The translations under genes and the position numbers were made by a program. The notes below the pieces were generated by a model. That model made no database searches and had not been told where the DNA came from. It was given only the letters and a program-made list of their open reading frames with translations. From Eledone cirrhosa (Eukaryota), in NCBI GenBank assembly GCA_964016885.1, contig OZ024742.1, forward strand, positions 244,156,001-244,220,000: a DNA stretch of 64,000 nt, given 5' to 3'. Positions 11,016-25,700 of the stretch are shown one piece after another (the first letter of the stretch is position 1; each line of letters begins with the position of its first letter).

Positions 11016-14000
11016 AAATGTAAGGGTTATGCTATGTCATCTGCTGTTTTGACTGAAACAAGAAACTAAAGCTGTTATACCTATAATGCTGATTTCAGGA
11101 TTTAATCTCCAAATCTTCAGGATTAATATTCATGCATCTAAATCGTTCAGCCTCTTCATATTTCTTTTAAGTATGTAGTACTAATATCTACTTATGTTTA
11201 GTTCATAATGAACTAGGGAAATCTTCAAACTATGCCTGCACTATGTTGCTTTATTTGAAATAATTTTGGAGGATTCTTTGTTGTATATTTTTAACAACCA
11301 CAATATTGTCATTAGTGAAATTTAAAAGGTTATCTACAACTTTGAGAATGACACTTGCAACATCAAAATCCAGGTCCTTTACTACAGTTTGGTCTTCTAA
11401 CTTTTAAGCTCATATAGAATCTTTGACATTTTAAGTGGGAAGTAAATAACTGTTGAGCTGTGATTTGATTGGGTTATTTCTAAACAAAATTTTAGTTTTG
11501 CCACTTCACATTATCTTCCATTTAAAGCTAAAAGAATGAGTATTAGTAATAGTGGATAGTGTTGTAAAATCAATGAATAATAACAACTGCTCATTGGTGT
11601 ATCTGTAGGTAGAAGTCAGTGAAAGCCGAGACTTTAGCTGTCTCCACCTACAGATGGCTACTTGACATTTTCATACATATCCTGTACATGGTTTGAACAA
11701 AAATGTACTTTCCATTGTAGCTTCTTTGTTGATAAGTTGTTTCCTTTCCCTTATTTTATTTCTCTGAGAGAAAATGGATAACTGGGATTAAAATGGGATG
11801 AGACTGAAAAATACCTTATTGAATCTCAGATTTAACTTCAATGTTTTTAAAGGCCTTAGAAATTGTGCTAAACAAAGGGTCAAGAGAACTCTTCGGCTGT
11901 GTAAAAGACATGGCAACCTCCCTAGTGCTGGTGGCATGATAAAATGCTCTTAGTAGAATGCAGTCCAATAGAGCATGTGAAAGTATGTAAGTGAAATGTG
12001 GGCCCCCAACCCATCTGAGGAGTCAATAGTTCCACTTGTGAACTGACCTGGTCTGTGAAGTCCCGTCCAAATGTTAAATGGTGATGATTCCTTTTTTAAC
12101 TAAAATTATGAAAAAGTTGGCATTTTCAATGCTCCTTACCATTTATGAAGTATAAAGTATAAGTTAGCTAGAGAAGTAGTGCTGTGTCCAGTTAATGGAA
12201 AGCCTATAAAAGGTATATCTCATTGAGATAATAATAGATATTAATTTTTTTCTACATTTAGTATTCTATTCAGAACACAACTAGAACCATTTTCTCGAAA
12301 TCCAATTTTAAACTCATCATGATGATGGTGATGCTTAAAGGTTAATAAAATCAACATTATTATAATTTAGCTTAGCTTACACCCCAGTAATTTTCTTAAA
12401 ATTCCAAGGACCCTATTGCAAATTTGGTTATACCAAATTGCTTTTCATACTATTATTGAGTTTGGCCATAAACTTTTACCAGCTGAAACCTAAGTTTATG
12501 CCAACATCTTTAAGTTTTTTCATAGAGAGATAAGGAGTGTTACAAACTTAATATTTGTGATATAGTCTAGTTTTTAACATTATTTCTATCCAGTTTACTA
12601 GTATAAAGCTTGCTAAATTAATGTGGTTTAAACTCAGCCAACATTATGGTCTGACCCAATAACTGAAAGCAAGTTAATGACTTAGAAAGTTATGTAGGGT
12701 TTATTGATCAACACTTTTATTAGACATGTAGTCTAACTTCAAATTGTAAATATATAGCTGTAATATTGGCAAGTTGAGAATTTTAACAGGAAACTCTTTT
12801 GAGTGTCTTGTCTCTGGTATGTTATGAGTTATTTGTTTCTCTACCAAATAAATACACTCCATTCATAACAGTTGAAACAAGTCATGCAACCTACACTACT
12901 CATGAAATACAATGAATTCTGTAGTAGAAAATGTCTGTTATTACCTAGATGTAATTGATGAAGTTTATGGGAGGAAAAATGCAATAATTAATATTTATGA
13001 AATAAGCAAGAATTTAGACTGGTCTCGTAAAACAACTATAAACGTTAGTTTATGGATATACAAACATGCTCTTTGGAACACAATTTAACAAAGGGTTCTT
13101 AAATCTATTACATAAGTAATTTTTCAAAACTACTCTAATTAGAGGTAAATACAGGTAACTTTTGTAAAATGTAAAATTATTTTGAAAATTTTGTTTGAAT
13201 ATCACCATATAAAATGAATTATTAGCCAATATTCAACACGATTGTAATGTAGAAGAATTGAACACATTATTGAATTTTGAATGGAACTTGAGTGCATATA
13301 AAACAGAAGCATTCTAAAGGTAGTATAATGGAATTTATGTTTGAATAAAACTACAAAATGAAATAAATTTATTCACACATACTAAATTACAAAATAAAAT
13401 GGATTCATACATACTTAAATACACACAATAATGATTCATTAACCACATAATGTCATTCACCTTATATGTAAATTAAAATTATACAAATTAAATCATGTTT
13501 TTTTTTGTTTTTTTTTTCATTGAAAGATGTAAAACACCCCATCTGCATAATGCAACTTTGCAGAATGCACAGCGGAAAGTTGTTACAAATGACTGGCCAC
13601 TGAAAGTTTTCCTATTTTTATGATTACATTCTTGGCACTTTTTTTATTTTTTTGTTTCCCCCAATTTTATGTACATCAGAGTTCAGAGCGATATTTGACT
13701 CACAAGCTTTTGCCTTCCTTCCAAGAGATTTTGTTTTTAAAGAATACCTTGCTCTCAACTGCATTGAACTGCTCATAACTGTAGATGGGTCACAATGCTT
13801 TACTTATATTTACTATATACCAAACCAGATATAGTCACCACTTATTACCTGATTCATCAGATCTACACCATCCATATATAGTTTAACATGAGTGAACAGA
13901 AAATTAATTTGCCGCATCCTAGTATTTTGTTGCTAGTAAATTTATTTTTATATCATTGGATAATATCCTCTCTTTTTTAAAAATCATATTTAGCAGCAAC

Positions 14001-14171
14001 CCTTTTCTATATGTAGTCACTGTAGCACACATGTTTGCACAGCTTCTAAGTCCTCCACAAGTCTTACTAAACTGATAAAGCAGTCAAACTGGTTATGGTA
14101 TGGTAGTGATTTCCAGACCACATCATACCCTAGGCCATGCTGACTTGAAACACTGTCTCTCTTCTCTGTAT

Positions 14172-14363
14172 AAATAATTGTTTCTACTTTAGGCACAAGG
14201 CCAGCAATTACCAGTGCATTACTGGTACTTTATTTTATCGACCCTGTAAGGATGAAAGGCAAAGTCAACCTCGGCGGGATTTGAACTCAGATCATAAACG
14301 GACGTAACTATGCTGGAAAGCATGGCGTCCGACCCTCTACCGACACTGCCAATCCACCGCCCT
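14172..14363 (-). mobile_element. Full-length tRNA-SINE (main family)
   Basis: Near-identical reverse complement of the 20573-20760 copy. Confidence 0.9.
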
Positions 14364-15682
14364 TGCAGAAGTATCCTAGTGCACAATTCGAAAATTTTCC
14401 AGACATTGAACACTCCTCCTCACTTTGTAGTCTTGTTTGGCATATGTTGCTTGATATGTATCCAACTGTTATACCCTACCATCCCTTTGACAATAGATAG
14501 TCTTTTTTTATTTTGTCTTATTGTAGGGTTTATATCTACTTCAGACATAGTCCAGAAGTGGTATACTGATGTACTGCTAATGTCTATGTGGAAGTACTGG
14601 CAAAATTTTATGAAATATGTTCAGATCATTATAGTGGAAACATAGTAGTCAATGAAAGATTCATCTGTTTCCAGTAGTTGGTAATCCTGAACAGCTTCCT
14701 GGTGCCTGCTTTAATATTTATGGCAAAACTACCTGAATTTCCTCCAAGCATGGAAGAAACCATAATCAATCTCTCTTCTCACTTTGTTTACATTCTGTGT
14801 AGTGATTAATTTCTGTAATTATTGCCATAAATATTTGAAGTGGAGGGGAAGGAGGCAGAAATACTGATCCACAGCTTTTGCATCGCCAGAAAGATTGTGA
14901 TTAGGTTGTGTCTCTTCAGAAAATATTTGAAGAGTATTTTTCAAACTTTTGCCCCATTCTTCTTAGAAAATATAATCTTCTTTATCTGTATCATTGCTGT
15001 AATTAAGATATCTGACTCAAAGTTCCCAATGTGGTTTTGCTTATAATCAGCTTCTTTTGTAAAATCCTTCAAATTTGGAGTCACTGCTCATGAATATGAA
15101 GCTGGTATCCATTTTTTTTTGTTTTTAAACATTTACATACATTAACAGAGAATTTTTAAATTTTGACATGGAAAAAATATCTGAAAATTCTGAGAGCACA
15201 AATTTTGTGATGAAAAATGATGGAATAATTCTAACAATTGTTTATTTTACCTAGCAAAGTTGCATGTTATGGATATAAAATAAAATTTGTGTTGATATTC
15301 TCATTTAAATATAATTAGGCAAATTAGGGTGGGTTGGTATTATTAGACCGAAAAGTTTGGGTGCGATTTGGGATATGTTGATATCAAATGGGTTAGGGTT
15401 AGTTATATTTTAAATTAATTGAAAATCACAGGCAGTGTCTTTCACTATAAATATGGTAAGAAAAGGGTTTAAGAAGGTGAAAACTATGTGATGTGACATT
15501 TACAGCAGACAAGAATAGTAGATAATGATACTGCTAGATTAATACAATATATAATTAAGATGAATAAATAATGTACAGCTTAGTTTCTTAACAGTTGAAC
15601 AAACATAAAAGCTATATTCCTAAATTAGAAACTGTAAAAACATCTGATGAAAGCAAGAAACTATTTTTTACTGTTGTTAGTC

Positions 15683-16121
15683 TTAACCCTTTAGTGTTAA
15701 AACCGGCCAGAATTCTCTACCTCTTTCTGTTGAAACTGGCTGTAACTGGTCACTCAAATTGTTTCTAACTGCAATTATCATCTAACACTCTTCCTGCTAC
15801 AATACATACTGTTGTATGCAGTAACTGTGAAGGTGCATGGCACAGTGGTTAGAACGTTGGGCTTACAGTCATGTGGTTGTGAGTTCAATTCCCAGCCTGG
15901 ACAATATGTTGTGTCTTTAACCCTTTAATGTTCAAACCGGCCAGAATTCTCTACCTCTTTCTGTTGAAACTGGCTGTAACTGGCCACTCAAACTGATGTT
16001 AAGGTATTGTTTTCAAAATAAATACTTTCAAAATCTCATAGATTCAATATTATGTGAGGTAAAGCCTTTACCATTAAAATATAATAGTATATATAAAATA
16101 ATGTGAATGCTAAAGGATTAA
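15683..16121 (+). repeat. Composite MITE containing a local duplication of 6102-6472
   Basis: MITE 5' end (15683-15758) followed by a highly similar copy of 6102-6472 (unique flank, SINE head, whole MITE). Confidence 0.88.
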
Positions 16122-16451
16122 AGCAATCATTACAGACTTTACAGGACCCTAATTGAAAAATTTGCTCTAAAATGAGCAATTAAAATATTGTAGATAAAGG
16201 AGTCCTCAATGCAGGCCATCCGATTTAGGTGAATTCAAGATATCTATCAGGTATCAATAGTTGATTTTTTTTTAAATTTTATTTTCCAATACCTATAGAT
16301 ATCAAGGCAAAAGTTTGAACAATTCTCATTTGGCTTTCCATTACCAGGCAGATTTATCTTTACATTATAAAACCTTGCTTTAATAGGTCCCCATTTTAAC
16401 AAAATGAATCATCATTTTATGTCAATTTTCCATGCTTGCATGAGTTGGATA

Positions 16452-17005
16452 ATAATTGTTTCTACTTTTGGCACAAGGCCAGTAATTACCCCAGTGCATT
16501 ACTGCTACTTTATTTTATCGACCCCGTAAGGATGAAAGGCAAAGTTAACCTCGGCGGGATTTGAACTCAGACTGGCAAGGGCCGTAACTCTATGCATCAA
16601 AGTATGGCGTCTGACCCTCTACCGATACTGCCAATCCACCACCCTTTGGATAATAATTGTTTCTACTTTTGGCACAAGGCCAGCAATTACCCAGTACATT
16701 ACTGGTACTTTATTTTATTGACCCTGTAAGGATGAAAGACAAAGTTAACCTCGATTAAAATACATTAATAAATAAGAATGATAAGAAATTAAAATTTAAG
16801 TGATCAAGTAAACTTATGAGGGTTTCTGAGGGGAAAGTCGATTAAATCGACTCTAGTGTGTTATTGGGGCTTTATTTCATTGACCCCATAAGGACGAAAG
16901 GCAAAGCAAACCTCAGTGGGATTTGAACTCAGAACGTAAAGGGCCGTAACTATATGCAGCAGAGCATGTTGTCCAATGCCCTACTGATACTGTCAATCTA
17001 GTGCT
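16452..17005 (-). mobile_element. Tandem/nested tRNA-SINE cluster (three copies)
   Basis: Full copy 16452-16645 with TSD TTGGATAATAATT, partial copy 16650-16753, and a copy at about 16828-17005. Confidence 0.88.
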
Positions 17006-19559
17006 CATTACAAGTTAACTTATAATGAATGACAACTGTTCCCATCCAGTATTTTAGGAATATCTAGGAGTAAATTGTCCAACAGGTCCTTCAATTTTTT
17101 AAAGTCCTGGTTCAAAAGAGATCTGACTGCTGTTTCTAGTATGCTTAACGATTACACAGTGGATCCGTTGTTGGCCTGAAACTGAACAGTGTGAAATGCA
17201 TTTGTTTTGGATAATGTGAAAAGACTCATTTTAGGTCTCAGTCAGCCTCAAACTTCTTTATGGTCAGGTTGTATAGATATTCTTCAACTTATTTCAATTT
17301 GGACTGCAAAAATGCCATGTTGTCCCCCAAGTGTACCGATGTCCAACTGGGAAAACATCAAATGCAAATCCACCTTCAGGCAGATTGAGTCTTGGACCAA
17401 CACCGTCTTGCAACCAAACAGTGACACGTAGCTCAATTCAGTGCCTTCCTGTGTGCACCCGCATTAGGGTGACACTGTGCCTCTGCCTCCATGTGTGTAA
17501 GCCACACAGATGTTGTAGTGGAGCAGTGGTCAACAAGTTCTGTCTGCACCCATTATCTTGCCACCTTAGTGCAGGCCACTCTGAATATCATTACCAGAAT
17601 TACTAAACACATCCAGTTTTCTATCACAATTGGAGCTGGCTGGCCTTCACCATGGCGATGGCAAACACCCCCAGTGGATTAACCCTCTTCCCTTTCAAGG
17701 GGAGAGGGGAAAATCCCTAATTTGAGGTGTGATGTGCAACAACTCATTTCTCTGCTTCCAACCATGTCACTTCAGTCACAAACCCAGGCTTTGCCGCCCA
17801 CAATGTGGAGGAAAAGAGGGTAGTTAAATACCAGTGCCTGACAAACTGCTTCCTCTTTGCACTGGTTTCTCTCAAGATCTCTGGTGTACTTGGTCCCTAC
17901 CTTGCTGATATTCTCCATAAAACCAGAAAGCCGGTGGTCCACTTGAGGAGGTGGCACTGTTGCAGTAGGTGTCCCTTGCCATTCTCAGTGGTAACACGTT
18001 TGCCATTTTATCTGTGGAACATGGCTGAGACACACCACTCAGGTTGGAGTGTGGTGTTTGTCCATTCCCCTCTCCCTTTTTTTCATTGCTTGGTCTTTTT
18101 TCTTTTTTGTTCCCTTTAATAGTATGTTTTGTTTTTATTAGACAGTGCTCACTTATTTTTATGTAATTTAAGAAACTATTTTTAATTTACTGATTTCAAT
18201 AAATTATCTATTTAGGAATTGATGACAATAATAGTATATATTAAATTAAAGCTTTTCTTACATTGAAAAATTAAGGATTAAAAAAAAATAGCTGTTAAGT
18301 AAACTTGCTTTTAATGGACTTTCAACAGTAACACATAAAGGTTTACTATATTTTAAACTAATAAAACAATTATATGCAAATACAGTAATGGTCAGAGTTT
18401 TGATCTTTAATATTTCAGCAGCTATTATTCAATATAATCTTGTTCAGTACATGGAGAAACTTCATTATCTGGCGATAACTTAGACTGATACATAGGATAT
18501 TTAATGAAACTCTAACAGTTTCAATATAAACTTGAATTGTTTAAAATGTACCTCATGCAAGTCTGTGGCAGTGTTGATGGAATGAGTTATGATAAAATGG
18601 TGTTTAGTGCTGCTAATAGGCAGCTGAAATCTGACGAAATAGAATTGATTGATGACAATTAAATCAGTTTATGATAATAAACATCTTAAGAGCTGTGATG
18701 ATCATCTGGTCCTCAGTGCAGCAAGTTTGCAACATCTGCAGTGAAGTCAGTGGGTCCTGTATTAGTGTTTTCACCCTTGCCTGTGCCCATCACCAGCTGC
18801 CCTAAAGAACACCATTGTCAGCTTTGATAGATTATAAAGAAATGAGTGTGTGTGTGTGTGTGTGCAGATGCACATGATGCAACACTCTATCTATATCTTT
18901 GTGTTGCTACTGAATTGGGTGAATATAAGCTAAATAGATTTTGAAACAGCTTCTTATCACCTTTCCAAATGTTTCCAGGTTAATACTGGGTAATTGCTGG
19001 TCTTGTGCCAAAAGTAGAAACAATTAATTAGGATTATAGTTTTCACCTCTATTCATTTGTACTTTGCAATTTTGTCACATAAGCCTGATAAAATATTTTA
19101 CAATGTTGTCTCAGTTAGGATTTGATTAAATTTGTATCAATGTTTTTTTCTTTTTCTTTTTTCAAATTTTTCAAAAATATTTTCCAGAAAATAAAATAAA
19201 TCGTACAAACTTCAATAAGTCATTCCAGGTTTTATCTTATTACTCTTATCAATAACCCCCCTTTTTTTAATTGTATATTCCTTAGGAACTTAAGTTAACT
19301 CAGGATTATATTAATGTTATTATAATGATGTTTTGTAAAATTAAAATAAATGTTAATTATATTAGAGAGTGTGTGTGTATGTTAGTGTGTACATATGTCA
19401 GTGTTCCTGTTGAGTTGGTCTCTCTTTATGTCTAAAAGTATTATCCACTGAAACGCAGTAATACAGAAGACTCGCCTTGCCTATGTACAAAGCGAAACCT
19501 ACAAATATACACCCCAATCCATTACCTCTACCCTATCCTCCCACTCCTACCAACACCAC

Positions 19560-19890
19560 CCTCTCTCTGTAAAGTTGGTACCACAACGTCCAGTCCAAAT
19601 AAATGAGATAATGAGATCGAGATCGTGTAGGTGTCACGACAAAAAAAAAAAACACAGTCCACGCTGTAATGTGGCCGTGTAGGTAACATGGTAAAAAGTT
19701 CCCAGTTCCACACTGTAAATGAGGTTGGTGTTAGGAAGGGCATCCAGCCGTAGAAAACCTGCCAGATAGTCCTATATGAGCGAGACACGGTCACCCGACC
19801 TACCTTGCCTCAAGTGGGACAACTCCCATCTAACCCATGCTAGCGTGGAAGATGGATGTTAAACAAAGATGATGATGATGGTGATGATGA
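19560..19890 (+). mobile_element. RTE 3'UTR-only copy with (TGA)n tail
   Basis: Collinear with 54050-54372 (gagatcgtgtaggtgtcacgac...gttaaac...gatgatgatg). Confidence 0.88.
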
Positions 19891-20572
19891 AACCCTTGAA
19901 GGTGGTGGTGATCCAGCATGACTGCAGTCCAATGACTAAATCCAATAACAGAAAAAGACAAATTCATAGTACATTAATAGCATTGTGTATTATGTTTTTC
20001 TCTTTTTTTTCTTTTTATAGTTAATGATGAAAGCTATTCTTTTGAGCATTTCAATTGTTAATTATCTCATTTGGTATCTTAAATATATTTAAAACAATCA
20101 TGTTTACGAACACTTTAGCAGGAATATAACTTGTTTTATATTACTCATTGCTAATTTGGGTATTGATATTTGTCACCTGAAATAAGGAGTGACAACTTAT
20201 CTTCAGTCTAGCACCCTCAAAATGTTCTCATTTTCAACAATCATTTTGTATTGGATCTACACCATATATTAAAGAGAAAGAAAATTTACTAACATGTATG
20301 TATCAATTATGTTCTGCAATCAATACTTACATTGATTAAACATCAGTTGAAGACATTGGTTAGCCTTTACTATTTACTAATTTAAATTTTTTCTAATTCT
20401 CCAACTCTCCAATATTGAAATGTTCCAATAGATCTCTATTACCTTCCCAACAACACCTGTCTTGGATATAATTTTTATCTCCTCTTAATATATATTTGTT
20501 TAGCTTTTACCCCTAAGATTCACCAGCTCACCAACTAGCTTATAGTTCTATACTGTATTATCTGTCTTAACA

Positions 20573-20760
20573 AGGGCGGTGGATTGGCAGTATCAGTAGA
20601 GGGTCGGACGCCATGCTTTCCAGCATAGTTACGTCCCTTTACGATCTGAGTTCAAATCCCGCCGAGGTTGACTTTGTCTTTCATCCTTACGGGGTCGATA
20701 AAATAAAGTACCAGTAATGCACTGGGTAATTGCTGGCCTTGTGCCTAAAGTAGAAACAAT
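20573..20760 (+). mobile_element. Full-length tRNA-SINE with 16-bp TSD
   Basis: TSD ATTATCTGTCTTAACA at 20557-20572 and 20759-20774; intact A and B boxes. Confidence 0.93.
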
Positions 20761-21608
20761 TATCTGTCTTAACACATATATCCTTCTAATGTTTTATAGT
20801 CATTTATATTCAACTGAAACATGCGCTGACATTGTTATTTCTTTATCTTGGTGTAGCTATAGGATATAAATTAGCCTTAAAGATATTGTACTGATAAGTT
20901 AGAGACAACAATTTTACACAGGGGAATGTTTTGCTTTTGAAACATTGAAAGAAAAGCATCACACCAAAATCTGAACCCATTCTGATAACACTCTCAATAG
21001 CTCTGTTATTGGTATTGGTGATATTATCACTTTTTTTTCATTGTAGCAGCAGCAAAACAAGCAGTAATCTTATTTAGATTAAATATGTTTATTGTATTCA
21101 TACATTTAATTGAAATGTTACACAAAATGTTGCTGTAGTTCATATAATTATGCCAGGATATTTTCTGTTAGTGGTAACAATGACTACCTTGAAAAAAATG
21201 ATATAATAATTGGCCAGATAGGTAAAATATTTCCATTGCGGTTTATATTACGCTAATGGTCTCATCATCTGTTTGACTGCAGTAGTAGACTAACACAACC
21301 CTTTACACCAGTTGGATTACTCATCCTACATATCACACCCTACTCCCACTCATCTGGCCACCCTGCTTCTTTTTAATTGCTCAGAAAGTCTGCATAGGAT
21401 TAGAATCTAGAGTGATTGATTAAAGATTTGGAGTAAAAAGTAGGATGCTGGTACTGAAATAAAGCTGGTTATGTATGTACCTGGTTGCTATTGAAGCTCT
21501 ACCTGTACAACTGTAAGGTGAACTTCTTTTAGGTTGTATAGAAATCAGCTTTTGTCTTCTTGTTAAGAGAAGCATTAGCATAAATAGGGCTTATGTGTTT
21601 TTGACTGT

Positions 21609-21649
21609 TGTGTGTGTGTATACATATATATATATGTGTGTGTGTGTTG

Positions 21650-21685
<36 letters not shown>

Positions 21686-21770
21686 ATGTATATGTGTGTG
21701 TGTGTGTGTGTGTATATATGTATATATGTGTGTGTGTATGTGTGTGTATGTATGTGTGTGTGTGTGTGTG

Positions 21771-21813
<43 letters not shown>

Positions 21814-22272
21814 GTGTGTGTGTATATATATGTGTGTGTGTATATATGTGTGTGGTGTATGTATATATGTGTGTATGTGTGTGTGTGTGTATGTATATAT
21901 GTGTGTGTGTATGTATATATATGTGTGTGTGTGTGTATGTATATATATGTGTGTGTGTGTGTATGTATATATATGTGTGTGTATGTATATATATATATAT
22001 GTGTGTATGTATATATATATATGTGTGTGTATGTATATATATATATGTGTGTGTATGTATATATATATATGTGTGTGTATGTATATATATATGTGTGTGT
22101 GTGTGTATATATATATGTGTGTGTGTGCGTGTATGTATATATATATATGTGTGTGTGTGTGTGTATGTATATATATATGTGTGTGTGTATGTATATATAT
22201 ATATGTGTGTGTATGTATATATATATGTGTGTGTGTGTGTGTGTATGTATATATGTGTGTGTGTGTGTATGC

Positions 22273-22316
<44 letters not shown>

Positions 22317-22332
22317 ATATATATATATATAT
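21609..22332. repeat. Compound (TG)n/(TA)n microsatellite, about 720 bp
   Basis: Direct reading; source of six spurious ORFs. Confidence 0.98.
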
Positions 22333-22627
22333 AGCCCTGTTTTACTTTGTTCATAAGCTAAACATGTAGACATACACATTACTAACTAGCTATATGTGTG
22401 TGTGTAATGTTGAATTAGAACAAAGTTAGGTTGTTATTAATAACTACCTAACTTTGTTATTCTTTCATTGTTCAACATTATGTATTTGACTTTGTTGTTT
22501 AGAACATTCACTATGAGGGGATCATTGTACCACACAAGTGGATGGCACTCTGTATCAATTGAGTATTCACATCAGTACTACATAGTTCTAACATGGTTAA
22601 AAGCCCTGTCTTGACTAGACACAATGG

Positions 22628-22628
<1 letters not shown>

Positions 22629-22723
<95 letters not shown>
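22629..22723. repeat. (TA)n(GA)n microsatellite
   Basis: Direct reading. Confidence 0.97.
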
Positions 22724-22724
<1 letters not shown>

Positions 22725-25700
22725 TTTGTGCATCTGGAGTGTGAATTATATATATAATTCACACTCACACAAGCACAAATCTATAGCATATATCTTGAAG
22801 CAGATTGTATATGTAAAACAAGATGTTTTTGCAGTCTACTAATTAATGAGTTGCTTATTTACTTCAAGCTAGGAGATGGCAAGAGGACGAAAAAAAAGAG
22901 AGAGAGAGAGAATGAGAGTAATCTATCTCCCTTGAAGGTTACATTACTGATTGACTGATAAATTTACATGCTATTTTAGCCAGGCTGTACTACAGCATTG
23001 CTCTAACATTAACTGGGAAGTGTTTAATAAAATTTTTTTTTTTTTAAATACATCAAAGGCAAGGAGAAAAAAACCAAACTAAGCATAGTTAGCCTACAAT
23101 TACTTTATTGATATGGTATTAACTGTGCCACACTACTCCCCACAGGAATTAAATTAGCTTCCTATCTGTAAATACTTTTATTTTCTAGCTTTATCTCTCT
23201 CTTTGTTTTGTTTTTCTTTTCTCTCACTCACTCACTCACTGAATCACACACACATACAATGTTTTCTCTGGCAAAGTGTGTGTAGTGTATATATATATAT
23301 ATATATATATTGAGGGCAAGGAAAGTATATATTTTTCATCCAGTCAAAGATATTAATATATAGTATATGTTGTTTTTTACAACCTTGACATAAAGTATAG
23401 TCAGTATATTTTGTTTATTGTAAAGTAGAGCAATTAAAACCAACTTAAGTCTTATCACAGTTATTGTATTGTCCCCTTAAAGACAATACCTGTTGAGGAG
23501 CTTAAAAAAAATTAAGAATATATATAACAAACATGTGTTGTGCAATAATCTAACACCTTTTTATTGCTATTCTTTCACTGACCCTTTTCATCTAAACCAA
23601 AGCCTTTCAATAATTGCTGATTGAAATAACTAGTCCTAGTTGAACAGCTATTGAACTCAGTTATTCAGTTGTTAAATATCCAATATTTATGGACATTTAA
23701 AAATAGGAAGTGTCATTACTTTTTGTCTTTATCTTCAGAACTATGCTTCTATGTTTCCTTTATATTGTCATAGGGCTGCCTTTTAATCACTTGTGTACAA
23801 TAAATAACAGCAAGAATAGGCTTGCTTTCATTTTATAAATTGGCATAGATCATCTTCAATGGATAGTATTTATTATTAGATATACTCTGAACCATACATA
23901 TCTTTATAGCTTTGCCAGTTCAAAAGTACTTGCTAATTAACAGGTTTTCTCTCAAGTCTCCCCTCTCACCCTCTTTCCTAAACCACTTTTTTTTTAAAAT
24001 GAAATCCTACTAGGCAAAAGAAGAAAAAAAACAATCCTCACCTCAGCAATTATGTGAAATAGCAGATTAGCAATTTATTTGAAATAGTTTAAGTAAAATT
24101 AGGAGTGTTGATTTCTATTTTAAAACAAATTAATCAATAAAAAGAAATAAGCCTGAAATGGTGATTCCACATAACAAACAACCAGTTTGTTCATAAACTA
24201 ATGAATGCAGATAGAAGGATTATATTTCTTTGTGCCCTTTGACTCAGAATAATTAATTGGTCCAGCTTTTGTAACATAAGTGATTAGCACAAGCCAAGGG
24301 AGGAGCTCTTTGGGAGTTACTCAACCTGCTAGAAATAACAACTGAGTCTACTTTGAATCATTACTATTTTTAAAAAAGGATATATTGGATAATGTAATCC
24401 TAGATTGACTATGAATGTAAACAACAACAATAAAATAAAAAAACAGGATAGTCATAGCTGAATATCTTTGTTTATAGGTCTGCTTGAACAGGTCTAAACA
24501 GCCTCAGCTGTGATTACTAAGCCATGTTCTATATAGAGGAAAATATAAATAGAGCAACACTTTAGCAGCAAATCTTAGAGAAGTAGAGCAACAAACATTG
24601 CTATGTCGACATGCTCTATTATAGGAGTCTATCATTTACAGTAATTAATAAAATAATATGTTCTCTGATCCACCCTGAAACTGTAATCCCACATTAAAAT
24701 GTCTGACAGTGCATAAAATGCACCACTCCATCTGTTATAGCTAAATTGGCTCTTATGTGCCAGGAAAACAGGAGATTGGGTTGTTAGCTTTTCTTCGACA
24801 TATAACTGGTTAGAGATTATGACTCATGTTTTCTTGTGTAAGATGATAATCAGAGCAAAAAAAAATAAAAAAATAAATATTTTTTTGGAAAAGATGGTAA
24901 AAAGTAAAATAATATTAGAAGAAATGTTTATATCTATCTAGTCTCAATTATCATATAAACAAATCTATTTTGAAGAATATGGTAAACACTGTCTACTGAT
25001 ATTTATAAGGAAGGTAGGATACATGGTACATTAAAACTCCACCCAAATAAAAAAGAAATTAAGAATAATCCATGTTTTTTAAGATAAGTGTTGAAGTTAG
25101 AGATAGAAACCAGTGTTCCTTAGTATTTTTGTGATATTTTAAACTAACTGAAGAAATGCTAGCATAAATGTGTGTGTGGAAATATTTTAGAAAATATTTC
25201 CCTGGGTATCTAGTAATACTACATTTATCTCATTGATACCCATTAAATGATGCCTTTCATATTCAGAAAATTGCTTTGTTTAAATGTTTAAATTAAAAAA
25301 AAAATAACGAAACTCTTTAAAATATTTGGAGAGATATCAATTATGCAATATTAATACCATTCCATACAAGATGATTTGTTTAGCCAATGCAACCAGGAAA
25401 GAGCTGTGAAAAAAACAAAACAAAAAAAAATAAAAGTGAAATGGAGGAGATATAAAGAGAAGTAAATTGGTTTAGATGTTTTACAAAGAATATGCTTTTG
25501 TTTTGGAAATTTGCTTCTATTTTCACTTCTATCTCTCTCTTGTCAATAAAATAAGCATTTGTAGCATACTGGGATATTGGAATAAGGATTTGTGTTGAGT
25601 TTGTTACTCTTCAAATGTTTGGTTAAGTAGCTGCATGTTATAGTTTGCCTCAAACAAAGCTGGGTGACACTCTTTAATAACTACAGCAATTTATAAAATG

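Noticed and set aside
21575-22379. Multiple 220-260 aa ORFs (HT/YI/VC repeats)
   Set aside because: Microsatellite translation artefacts; the same applies to 54290-55242 and 48474-48796.
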